This document shows, one piece after another, positions 39,701 to 48,612 of a stretch of DNA of 64,000 nucleotides. Origin of the DNA: Clostridia bacterium (GTDB taxonomy: Bacteria; Bacillota; Clostridia; Christensenellales; UBA1242); assembly GCA_016297845.1 (NCBI GenBank), contig JAEDFV010000001.1:80-64079 (forward strand), given 5' to 3'. The first letter of the stretch is position 1. Each line of letters opens with the position of its first letter. A program made the position numbers and the translations under genes. The notes under the pieces were generated by a model that saw nothing but the letters and a program-made list of their open reading frames with translations, was not told where the DNA came from and made no database searches.

Positions 39701-42700
39701 CTTTTTGTCAGTTCCAGCAATAAATGACGCCACAGGTGTTCCCGTTGCACTGCATGCACTAGGCAAAGAAGTAACATTAGATTTTATATAACAATTTTTT
39801 ATTTCAGAAAGTGAACCAGTGTATATAAACTGACCAGCACTATGTCCTAAATTAACATTTTGAACATCATAATGGACAAGAGAATAGCAATCCAAAACTA
39901 AATTGGTCGCTTCATTATAGTCACTTATTAAATTTCCAACAAGTCCGCCAGAATTTGATTCTTTGACTGGCAATGCCCCACTGAACATTGAACGTGAAAT
40001 TTGGGTGTTTGAAGAAATTCCAACCAATCCCCCAGAGTAAACTTCACGTTGAGTTGTGTTCAATCTATAGAAAATTTGATCAGTTGAAAGAGCATTCCAC
40101 TCAGCTGGAAATTTTCCGCTCGTGCTATCAAAATATAATTTTAATTCATCATCAGATATGCTTTCCCAAACAAAAGGCTTTGCGCCTGAGTATTCCGTTC
40201 CATTAACAATACTGTTGTAATATTCTTTAGGCGCACTTTCATTTATTTTTTCAACATAATGAACATAAACAATGCCTGTGTCGCTTGGCAAGAACTTTAT
40301 CAATTCTTTTTGTTGGTCAATGTCATAAATTGCTTCCACGACGCAACCATAGATGTTTCCGCTTTCAGAAACAGCGCAGATTCCGCCTGCGGAGAAATTG
40401 ATTTCATTTGAATATGAATAGGCAGAGTTATTCAAAATAAGAAGTGTCACATTTGCGTAGAAAGGAACAGTGTTGATATATTTACAATCTTTCAAATCTC
40501 CTTTGTTGCATGCCACAATTCCGCCAGCACTTTCAACGCCAACAACGCCGCCGATGAAAGTGTAGTTTATGATTTTTCCTTCGTTAACTCCGGCAATTCC
40601 TCCAATGTTTGCACCAGAAATACCTGTTGCCATGTAACCTTTTGTCAATGAATCGTCTGTCGCTTCAATTGTTCCCAAGTTGAGACCAACGAGTCCCCCT
40701 GTGTACTTAACAAGTTGACCTGCTTTGTATTCAATTCCGTAATACATTCCGTAGGCAGAGTTTGAGTTAATTACTCTTGATTCATCGTGTAATGCTAAAA
40801 ACCCAAAAAGTTCTGCAACCGACGCCTCAGAAGAAGACAGTGATGGATTGAAAACATTTTTATATTTGATGGTCGTCAATGAATCAGCATTACTATTTTT
40901 TGTTCCATAATGCTCTTGGAATGCTTTCATATATCCGAAAACATCCATTCCGTCGCCAGCATTTTCCAAAATTTCTTTGGTGTCGAGAGTTCCATTATAG
41001 TTGGAGCCAATGTTTCTTATCACACCTTTATTTATGTTTGCAAGACCGCCATAATATGTCACACCATTATAAGTTGAAACATATTCATCAAAGGTGTAGC
41101 CAAGTTCTGGAAGATAAGCAGTGTAATAGAACATATCTTCAACAACACCACTTTCAGCAATCATCTTAAACAAAGGTTTTATTGCGTAAATTCCATAAGG
41201 TGTGATTTCTGACTGATAACGTCCTGACAATTTGCCCATGAAATTTTCAACAGGTTCATAATCAACTGGCATGAAAATGTTGTTTCTTAAAACGAAAGTT
41301 GAAGCAGGAGAAGAGCCAAGAAGTTTTAAATCTTCCGACTCATAAATTTCAAAGGCAGAATCTGAACTCTTGCCATCGGCAACTTTGATTGGGATTCTGA
41401 CAATTGGCTCTTCGCCATTCCAACCATTTGTTGACTCATAGTAATTTGACGTTGGATAAATGACAAGAGTGCCATTTGCTCCAAATTGTGCCAATTTTTT
41501 CTTTTCATCTTTTGTTGTTAAATTTCTTTCCTCTTCAGACAAATTGAAATAATCTGAATAGTCATATGCCACACGAACAACTGTTAATTTGTCGCCAACC
41601 ATATATGCAAAGAATTGTTTGTCGCCATTTTCATCAATGTAATAATCTTTCTCTGACAAATAATCCCAGTTAAATTCAAATTCAAGAGATTTGTTTGTTA
41701 TTTCTTTTTCACTGTTTGCAAAAATATTATAGACAAGTTCAAGTTCATAAACATCGTCGATTAACGAACTTACATAATTGTTGTAAGCTTCTTCATCATT
41801 AACCTCAACTTCAACTCCCTCTTGTATAATTATTTTTTTGAAATCATCAGCGGATTTGAGTTGATTTTGAATGTAAATTGGGTCTTCTTCGCTTGCATTA
41901 ATTACTTCAATTTCACTTATTTCAACAGCAGTTGTAATAATAACCCTTGAAATTGCAGTAAATTTTTTGTCAGGATTGATTTCAGAAATCGACATTGCAA
42001 AAATAAAGTTTGCATCACAAGACTTTAAAGCCTGAATTGTAAATGTATACACATTACCTTCAAGTTTTCTTGTAACTTTAAGGGTAGCAGCTGATAAGTT
42101 ATATGTTACAACACCGTCGGCATTAAGATATAGCAAATCGTTAACAAATAGGTTTGAAATATTAACTGTTGAACCATTTACAAATATTTCCAAATTTTTT
42201 AGATAAGTTGGTATCAATCCTACATTTACGGGATTTACAGTCACACTGAATGAACCTATGGATTTACTTATGTTATTTGAATCTAAGAATTTGTCACCTA
42301 TTGAATCGTAACTATAAACATCAATAGTTCCATTCTTTATCGAAACACCTTTTATTGGGACAAAGAAATTTACCAAATAGAACAAACTTCCTGCTGGATC
42401 CTCAGTGTATGTTCCATCAGACTTCATTGCCTTAATATCAATTCTGATAAGGACATTTCCCTCAACTCCTGAGTTAATCGCCTCGAGAAGTGTTGAATTT
42501 ACCAAACGAGAGGTGTTAATTATTGAACTCGAAGATGACCATTCAAGATTAGCAACATCTATATCACTAATACTGATTGTTTTAAGAGTCTTTCCGTCAG
42601 GAATTGTAAAATCGAAAAATTTATATTCAAGGTAATATTGTGCATTTGAAGGAACAGCTTTTTTGATAAGTTGAACACCACTTCCACCAGAATTTGCTAT

Positions 42701-44677
42701 AGAAAGTTTATTGAGTTGTCTTGTAACTTCAATTCCGTTGATTTTTACAACAGTGTCAGAAATATTTTTGTAAGGGACAATGTCGCTTTCAATTACCGTT
42801 CCGCCATATGTCACATCTTCCAAATCAATTTCAAGTTCTTCAAGAGGGCATATTACAACCAAACTGAAGTTGACAGTTTTTCCGTCAGAAAGAGAAACAG
42901 TCAGCGTTGTTGAACCGACTTTGTTTGGGATTATTGTAAATTTTCCATAAACATAGTTTTCATCTTTTGCGTAGTAAGAAAGAGTTCCAATTGTCGCAAT
43001 ATTCCCATTTGCAATTTTTACACTGGAATTTGCACCAATTGTGAATGATGCTGGGTCAATAGCAATGTATTGTGTAATTGTTTTTCCATATTCAGCAAAG
43101 ATAGTTGTCTCGCTTTGTTTAACTTCTAAACCGCTTTCTGTTTTGTCAGCAATAAAAACATTCTTTGCATTTGGATTAATTGTGAAAGTTATATTTGTAA
43201 GCGCACGAGAAGTCTCAGTCGCTGTAAAATCACAGAATGCTGAGGCTTGAGCATAAATTTGTGCAGATTTGTTTGTAACATTTAACAGATATTTTGAGTT
43301 TATAAATGCATAAAGTTTAGTACCTGAAGAAATTGTGGCATATCTTATTGTGCCATTTTCGTTTCCAACCGCGTTTCCATTTTTGTCATATCCAAAAACG
43401 CAAATATAACCAGTTCTTGTGGCATTAAGTCTGTACAAAGAAACTGGCAAATTTTCAAAATCCTTTGCCCAAATTGTTATATAATTTTCGCCAGATTTTA
43501 AGTTGCCCGGCAAAATAGAAAATTCAACCATTTGACCATTTGTTAAATTAATTGAGTTTTCAAAAATGTCAATTTCTACGGATTTATTAGCTCCGTTTAC
43601 TTCCACTGAGTCCGGTTTATTGTATGAGTACAAATTTAAGACGACAGAATTTTCAACGTAATTGCTTTCCCCGGCATTATATCCGTTGTAGGAAACGGTG
43701 AATTTTACATTGTCAATATTTCCTGCCTCTTGGGAATTAGCCTGAATCAAGAAAATATATCTGTGGAGTTTTAGAGCAGAATCATAACTGTAACCTGTTT
43801 GAAGAACGCTGAATTTGTCTAAATCAGTTCCGAAAACTTTATCAATTTTCAAGGTTTCGTCTTGACTTCCCGCTTTAACAATCAAAGTTACAGTTTTGCT
43901 GTTAGGGTAAATTGATTCATCTTTTTCTGTTGGGAAAATTTCCAAATAGTTTTGGATTTCGCTTGAAGATGAAACATTCTCAACAACTGTTTTGCCGTCC
44001 ATAGAAAGAACAACTTGTATTGGCTTGAGAATCTTAACTTCAAATTCAGTTGAAATTTCTGAATTAGAAGAAGAAACTGCTTGCAAAGTTACGCTTTGAA
44101 GAGAGCAACTGTCAGAAACCACCAAGTTCCCGTCAATTATCTCACAACCTTGACTTTCCCCAACAAATGAAAAATCCAAATCACGTTGATTTGTGTCAGA
44201 AGGTATAAAATTCCATATCGTTTGCTGTGAGAGAGAAAGAGTTCTTCCAGCAACAACATACAACGAATTTGCATATTCGTTTTTAAGTTCAATGCCTGTT
44301 ATTGGTTGTATAACCTTGACAGTCAAAACAAATTTTTGAGAACCTTGAAGACTTGTAACAAAAATATGAGCCGTCCCCCTAGACAAGCCTTTGACTTCTA
44401 AAACAGTCTTGCCATTTTTTTTGGGGGTTGGAGAAATTGAAACAAAGTCTTTTTCATTATCTTCCAAACTGAAATTCAGTTGGTCGCTTCCATTCCCAAA
44501 ATTCTTTAGTTCAAACTCAACAGATTTAGTTTCTTGGTCTGTTCCCAGAACGAGTTCAATTTCAGAGTTAGAAGCAGTTATTTGCGCTTTTTTATCAGAT
44601 TCTCCACAAGCATAAAGAGTCATACTTGCAATTACGACTAAAACAAAGCAACCAATAAATCCTAAAATTTTTTTCAT
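33773..44677 (-). CDS. giant surface lipoprotein (3634 aa) carrying an in-frame IS1-family insertion
   Basis: SD GGAGGGG upstream. Signal peptide with lipobox LYAC. The N-terminal region is paralogous to that of the 3215-aa ORF (NFIPSDTNQRDLDF vs NFYPLESNMRDLEF). GLUG-type repeats occur in the central and C-terminal parts. Residues about 1704-1974 are encoded by the reverse complement of the IS. Confidence 0.85.
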   Translation of the reverse strand: MKKILGFIGCFVLVVIASMTLYACGESDKKAQITASNSEIELVLGTDQETKSVEFELKNFGNGSDQLNFSLEDNEKDFVSISPTPKKNGKTVLEVKGLSRGTAHIFVTSLQGSQKFVLTVKVIQPITGIELKNEYANSLYVVAGRTLSLSQQTIWNFIPSDTNQRDLDFSFVGESQGCEIIDGNLVVSDSCSLQSVTLQAVSSSNSEISTEFEVKILKPIQVVLSMDGKTVVENVSSSSEIQNYLEIFPTEKDESIYPNSKTVTLIVKAGSQDETLKIDKVFGTDLDKFSVLQTGYSYDSALKLHRYIFLIQANSQEAGNIDNVKFTVSYNGYNAGESNYVENSVVLNLYSYNKPDSVEVNGANKSVEIDIFENSINLTNGQMVEFSILPGNLKSGENYITIWAKDFENLPVSLYRLNATRTGYICVFGYDKNGNAVGNENGTIRYATISSGTKLYAFINSKYLLNVTNKSAQIYAQASAFCDFTATETSRALTNITFTINPNAKNVFIADKTESGLEVKQSETTIFAEYGKTITQYIAIDPASFTIGANSSVKIANGNIATIGTLSYYAKDENYVYGKFTIIPNKVGSTTLTVSLSDGKTVNFSLVVICPLEELEIDLEDVTYGGTVIESDIVPYKNISDTVVKINGIEVTRQLNKLSIANSGGSGVQLIKKAVPSNAQYYLEYKFFDFTIPDGKTLKTISISDIDVANLEWSSSSSIINTSRLVNSTLLEAINSGVEGNVLIRIDIKAMKSDGTYTEDPAGSLFYLVNFFVPIKGVSIKNGTIDVYSYDSIGDKFLDSNNISKSIGSFSVTVNPVNVGLIPTYLKNLEIFVNGSTVNISNLFVNDLLYLNADGVVTYNLSAATLKVTRKLEGNVYTFTIQALKSCDANFIFAMSISEINPDKKFTAISRVIITTAVEISEIEVINASEEDPIYIQNQLKSADDFKKIIIQEGVEVEVNDEEAYNNYVSSLIDDVYELELVYNIFANSEKEITNKSLEFEFNWDYLSEKDYYIDENGDKQFFAYMVGDKLTVVRVAYDYSDYFNLSEEERNLTTKDEKKKLAQFGANGTLVIYPTSNYYESTNGWNGEEPIVRIPIKVADGKSSDSAFEIYESEDLKLLGSSPASTFVLRNNIFMPVDYEPVENFMGKLSGRYQSEITPYGIYAIKPLFKMIAESGVVEDMFYYTAYLPELGYTFDEYVSTYNGVTYYGGLANINKGVIRNIGSNYNGTLDTKEILENAGDGMDVFGYMKAFQEHYGTKNSNADSLTTIKYKNVFNPSLSSSEASVAELFGFLALHDESRVINSNSAYGMYYGIEYKAGQLVKYTGGLVGLNLGTIEATDDSLTKGYMATGISGANIGGIAGVNEGKIINYTFIGGVVGVESAGGIVACNKGDLKDCKYINTVPFYANVTLLILNNSAYSYSNEINFSAGGICAVSESGNIYGCVVEAIYDIDQQKELIKFLPSDTGIVYVHYVEKINESAPKEYYNSIVNGTEYSGAKPFVWESISDDELKLYFDSTSGKFPAEWNALSTDQIFYRLNTTQREVYSGGLVGISSNTQISRSMFSGALPVKESNSGGLVGNLISDYNEATNLVLDCYSLVHYDVQNVNLGHSAGQFIYTGSLSEIKNCYIKSNVTSLPSACSATGTPVASFIAGTDKKTGLLDAFAAFSCFNVEGMEIIDAGQKSYKDLYNYGTATLNLQNKGWCSELYERQILGYNNTQVKVSYDDCNPFGVIAGDFGEITGLSKHTSKTASESTIVAFNTLSELFATFMNNFEIPTNGTEYIPTISSNALNSYTQFYNKAIELYNSSLVSFTKNESNDLTRSAVIGVNHPYTMAFGSDVSPELIDFQTVIANLFGFSSKTEFMNYAQDLADTYAQHRANIANSAATNEALDNGCFYTSNGSFVFPIAVKNELSSTVLAYVILDTSGLVSVWVNDITAALWATNFNSSYHTESIINNELYCKNILFVTGPNKVATLSRTYNEGATNKQSDEFTLSTSLTKHSSEDTSSYYLNIERFMLRGNEVYINSISYEDSLGVVRVYPEGGVTINLAEESNFTRTIVNYWNQIYETVGENENTYDVYKVVEYTRTVSNDGTLTLEFVIKYRKINQETGEETTESLRTETYSFKRTSSTDVSKLNLCFDVNVDSDFLNLNFYSFGNTTDSNYIPNIRFSSMGSLDLNSESQNDTYNGYFYDEETIKYKDFADVVYYSGYDTSVKVLDSSLNHVAINDLNLLYYKLYLIGLYNNFDDFMKESVWEKFSYYNPYFDDFKILTGEMTKDMIKDLYCSLFGLTGAYETDADLKTAITNVVENIIIPQINNSLADLKGDVATLKGQFNGTLTGDTGLGYDYGTKDLWLALYETAFGESGKSEAESILELAGNYIDTAQGISSISTVTLSNIENFFGYVDSIYNAQYQMLKLFSKFMEDDDILSGITTLKIKGTDYEQEVWILDLLRTLGPIYHDSAFMVPSVLGGVESFYSTSGIPSTCQGFKDVGWDIENLYDAGGNEIESDSVWVFEDGILPYLRGTKVSTWVENYKIEVNPESKLDKSKIIKGTYIADDYYIMFYNETYSDLAMDTKAQAQLDKLNSVELVDFLRIYDVNGIYEGSIADFSIHSSDINIIKIVNGRLQLVGTGYVTITIKPLFRSLASQDSDITKTIKIFVTNSVGAISIYEGINSNENLDGKEDVTIIKDRPSYFTVANKNVVSLNHNLFMLKTNPLAVQIDITYIDEEENVVSAYKTGESVNLFEVLGLTAGSETNKFAFGTITVSTNNGVLTDEDYHFNFNIDYQKTYINSLAENEWKKELIRNQEEFKTLTSEQINERKQVFIELFIARFQAVSEDAFNFGFNFKVAVRAERILLSVDKAEIDPSTVLSVDAELVSNRTSDRLIMKIIDENEKIVWISEDFGETKVENNSDLFNASIKNGTAHDGKISAKLLISIAENQRQLVNETKTYKIVLTDSNGDVEKSFNLVVKPQEIITVTYTHHNRDDASTESGIKIQDQPSSILVPGDSGILSINLFPAYATYSKIVLTSSVVNGNYVLMEQMYKSGDYFLSTSTTTGYSSERDVNILTIKNTNNSTGSIYVRTKILDSVKEGLYFPITIQIFAIDEDGNEYLSKVETITLISEVIEPASITINGEKDAVVARGTTAELKLTVGENQTLASFGLSEFDKSESSYDYASIYFNTSEYEIDNGKKIYSGTLTVGLDAEIEDDGYFKIQTIVQKIINGRLESTTDSIEIRVVDFLVEGITIEGNDEQDNVFDTPSAIEKDLKFNFKLSETPEMISASQESSINRINNAKEEFLKTVAYKFSNSQGYEYILNTDREFKAQESGGFTSDAKNIVYNLYYTSDMTPYISKSGEPQANKYFTIRYDNENATTLTIVGTSVGSVNMTIRIGYRLPNTKQDNFITYNFSINVQLYSDEDKPTPIETAEQFVTYLQSESEQYASTNYILMNDIVLENFVPFEKTNFASLDGNNKVITIKSFNLSQSTDILNLGLFVNVSEDATLKNLTVSYGLLEDIIVDETIFKSVNFGGIAVYNSGVIYNCEVVSLDIEGGDIKNGGIKIYFDSTKTKHKLDTTNVIIGGLVVENYTGASITNSRVGGKGSFTKVSYDAEKGTTTNSLDFVEFVIVGQ
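38755..38762. repeat. target-site duplication, left copy (CTTTATTT)
   Basis: Identical 8-mer directly abutting both IS ends (38755-38762 and 39568-39575). Confidence 0.8.
38763..38783. repeat. IS left inverted repeat
   Basis: GGTCCTGTTACAAAAAGTATG compared with the reverse complement of 39547-39567, GGTGGTGTTCCGAATTGTATG: 15 of 21 positions identical. Confidence 0.6.
38787..38815 (+). promoter_or_regulatory. candidate transposase promoter (leaderless transcript)
   Basis: TTGCAA (38787-38792), 17-nt spacer, TATACT (38810-38815), then 6 nt to ATG at 38822. No SD. Confidence 0.35.
38822..39535 (+). CDS. IS1-family transposase (fused InsA-InsB type, 237 aa)
   Basis: Zinc finger CPKCGS...CKNCGRQF. 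HTH-like GCGIRDVSSVLGISIGKVLSV. DDE-region blocks EIDEFWTYVGSK, IATDGWDVF and GIEGNNCRLRCRLRCVFRKTCNFSK are colinear with E. coli IS1 InsAB' blocks ([45 protein letters not shown]). Confidence 0.85.
   Translation: MVRTIEICCPKCGSNVVNPNGHKPTGVQNYICKNCGRQFIFDGDRKYKGTIAGVETSIIKCLVRGCGIRDVSSVLGISIGKVLSVVHKFRFRTKPKQVCYDCLEIDEFWTYVGSKSHRVWMIYAYHRTSGEIVALVLGKRNKRTVVKLYRLIIKLGVTIKSIATDGWDVFRTVCRDFKIVHKCGKQFTKGIEGNNCRLRCRLRCVFRKTCNFSKIPSNHAKRIAIVITYLNLGVIVS
39547..39567. repeat. IS right inverted repeat
   Basis: catacaattcggaacaccacc, the reverse-complement partner of 38763-38783. Confidence 0.6.
39568..39575. repeat. target-site duplication, right copy (CTTTATTT)
   Basis: Perfect copy of 38755-38762, immediately after the right IR. 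Confidence 0.8.
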
Positions 44678-44839
44678 GCTTCCCCTCCGACTTTATCTTT
44701 AATCTCTCTAAAATTTTTATTTTTATTAAAATTTATATATATATTAATATTTTTTTTGTTGAAAACAAAGCAATTTAACAAGATTAAGGCGAAACAAAGC
44801 GATTTTTGAACAAAAAAAGAGAAAAAATTGCTTCGTTTG

Positions 44840-44868
44840 TTGTAAAATTCAAACATTTTTGCTACGAT
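44840..44868 (+). promoter_or_regulatory. candidate promoter giving a leaderless ttcA-like mRNA
   Basis: TTGTAA (44840-44845), 17-nt spacer, TG-extended TACGAT (44863-44868), then 6 nt to ATG at 44875. No SD. Confidence 0.35.
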
Positions 44869-44874
44869 ATACGC

Positions 44875-45597
44875 ATGAGAAAAATTTTAAGCCAATTGAG
44901 AAGCGCAATCGAAAAATATAACCTAATTGAAGATGGAGACAAAATTGCAGTTGGATTAAGTGGCGGAAAAGACAGTTTGGTTCTTCTCTCCGCTCTTTCC
45001 AATTATAGAATTTTTTCACCTGTTAAATTCGACCTAATCGCAATAACAGTTGACCAAACTAACGGCGAAACCGACTTTTCTTGCCTAAGCAATTTTTGCG
45101 AAAAACTCAACGTTGAATTTTATGTTGAAAAAACAGAAATTTTTAACATTGTTTTTAATGAAAGAAAAGAAAAAAATCCTTGCAGTTTGTGTGCAAAATT
45201 AAGACGCGGAATCCTAAATTCAACTGCAAAAAAACTTGGGTGCAATAAAGTTGCCTTGGCACATCACAAAGATGACTTGTTGGAAACGTTTTTCCTTTCA
45301 CTTTTTTATGAGGGAAGACTAAGCACCTTTTCACCAAAAACCTATCTTTCAAATGTCGACATAACCGCAATAAGACCGCTTGTTTTTACTGATGAAAAGA
45401 CCATTATCTCTGCTTCAAAAGACCTTCCAATTGTAAAGAATATTTGCCCAGCAAATCACAAAACAAAGAGAGAAGATATGAAAAATTTTTTGGCAGATTT
45501 GGAGAAGAAAATGCCAAATGTAAAAAATCAAATTTTCAATGCAATAACATCACCAGAAAGATATAACCTTTTCGATAAATTTTTGAAAAATAATTAA
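44875..45597 (+). CDS. ttcA: PP-loop ATPase, tRNA 2-thiocytidine biosynthesis TtcA-like
   Basis: SGGKDS PP-loop. CSLCAKLRRG cysteine motif. LAHHKDD motif. Start set at ATG 44875 rather than the TTG at 44806. Confidence 0.7.
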   Translation: MRKILSQLRSAIEKYNLIEDGDKIAVGLSGGKDSLVLLSALSNYRIFSPVKFDLIAITVDQTNGETDFSCLSNFCEKLNVEFYVEKTEIFNIVFNERKEKNPCSLCAKLRRGILNSTAKKLGCNKVALAHHKDDLLETFFLSLFYEGRLSTFSPKTYLSNVDITAIRPLVFTDEKTIISASKDLPIVKNICPANHKTKREDMKNFLADLEKKMPNVKNQIFNAITSPERYNLFDKFLKNN

Positions 45598-45680
45598 AAA
45601 ATAATTTAGTTAAATTAACCAAAATGAATTAAATAATTTTATGGTTATTTTGCACATAAATTTTTTAATTTCTTTTGCTA

Positions 45681-45709
45681 TTGACAAATGTCTTTTACTG
45701 TTGTAAAAT
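45681..45709 (+). promoter_or_regulatory. consensus-like sigma-A promoter
   Basis: TTGACA (45681-45686), 17-nt spacer, TAAAAT (45704-45709), upstream of the 45731 ORF. Confidence 0.5.
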
Positions 45710-45730
45710 ATGGAAAATATAGGAGAAAAA

Positions 45731-46177
45731 ATGGAAGAAAACAAAGACCTTTTGGCAAAAGAAGATGAAGAAAAGAAACAACGCGAATCACTTGTAAAAT
45801 CTCAACTTAAACATGCCCCTAAAGCAGTTTTCAAAAAGAGATCAGAAACATGTGAAAGAATTAATTATGCCCTAAAAGCAATTAGTCCTCTTTCTTTTTT
45901 CCTTGGAATTATATTCTGGCCAATTGGGCCTATTGGGATGATTTTTATTGCCCTCTTCTTAATTAGTTTTATCAGTTCGCAACTTATAAGCACAGTCTTT
46001 AAAGATGGTTTTAAGCAAGCGAGTGATGCCATAAATGCCGAAAAGGAAAAAGCTTTTGTTGAAAAAAATGTTGATTTGCAACTTGGATTAAACTTAAAAA
46101 AAGAAAAAACTGCTGACAAGATTAAAACAGCAACAGCTTCTGTTAAGAAAGAACAAAAAAATCTTAATAAGGAATAA
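45731..46177 (+). CDS. hypothetical membrane protein
   Basis: AGGAG at 45721-45725 precedes ATG 45731. Hydrophobic core LSFFLGIIFWPIGPIGMIFIALFLISFISS flanked by charged K/E-rich regions. Confidence 0.55.
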   Translation: MEENKDLLAKEDEEKKQRESLVKSQLKHAPKAVFKKRSETCERINYALKAISPLSFFLGIIFWPIGPIGMIFIALFLISFISSQLISTVFKDGFKQASDAINAEKEKAFVEKNVDLQLGLNLKKEKTADKIKTATASVKKEQKNLNKE

Positions 46178-46183
46178 CATTTT

Positions 46184-46214
46184 AAAAAATGCCCATTCAA
46201 CTGGGCATTTTTTT
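46184..46214 (+). terminator. rho-independent terminator
   Basis: AAAAAATGCCCA-ttcaac-TGGGCATTTTTTT. Confidence 0.7.
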
Positions 46215-46269
46215 ATTGATTTAAATTGTTTTTCTTATCAACTTATTTACAATTTTTATTTGATTATAA

Positions 46270-48279
<2,010 letters not shown>

Positions 48280-48288
48280 GAGCAAGAT

Positions 48289-48612
48289 ATGAGATTTAAA
48301 GAAGAATATGAACTTTTCTTAAAAGAATGGGGCCAAGAATCACAAGAAAGAATGGCAATTGAAGAAATGAGCGAACTTATTAAAGAATTATGCAAAAAAA
48401 TTCGATATGAAAAAGTTGATTTCAATGAACCTGTTCCTAAAGAAAAAATAGATAAAGTTTACAAAAACATTCAAGAAGAAATTGCTGACGTTCTGAACAT
48501 GGTTGAACAATTAGAGGTTTACTATGGAACGGAAGAAATTGAAGAAATCAGAAAAGAAAAAATTGACAGAACAATGAAACTTCTCAGAGAGGTGAATGAT
48601 GAAAGAAAATAA
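48289..48612 (+). CDS. small MazG-like all-alpha NTP pyrophosphohydrolase family protein (tentative)
   Basis: 107 aa. Paired acidic helices AIEEMSELIKEL and IQEEIADVLNMVEQL resemble the EExxE...ExxD metal-binding pattern of MazG-type domains. Its 3' end overlaps the gyrA start by 17 nt. Confidence 0.45.
   Translation: MRFKEEYELFLKEWGQESQERMAIEEMSELIKELCKKIRYEKVDFNEPVPKEKIDKVYKNIQEEIADVLNMVEQLEVYYGTEEIEEIRKEKIDRTMKLLREVNDERK

Noticed and set aside
44415-44427. T8G5 run (A8 plus C5 in the coding sense, codons about 84-88 of the giant gene) as a slipped-strand phase-variation switch
   Set aside because: A/T homopolymers of 7-8 nt occur throughout this AT-rich window in ordinary genes and spacers, so the tract is not distinctive. 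It could only be supported by read-level length heterogeneity.
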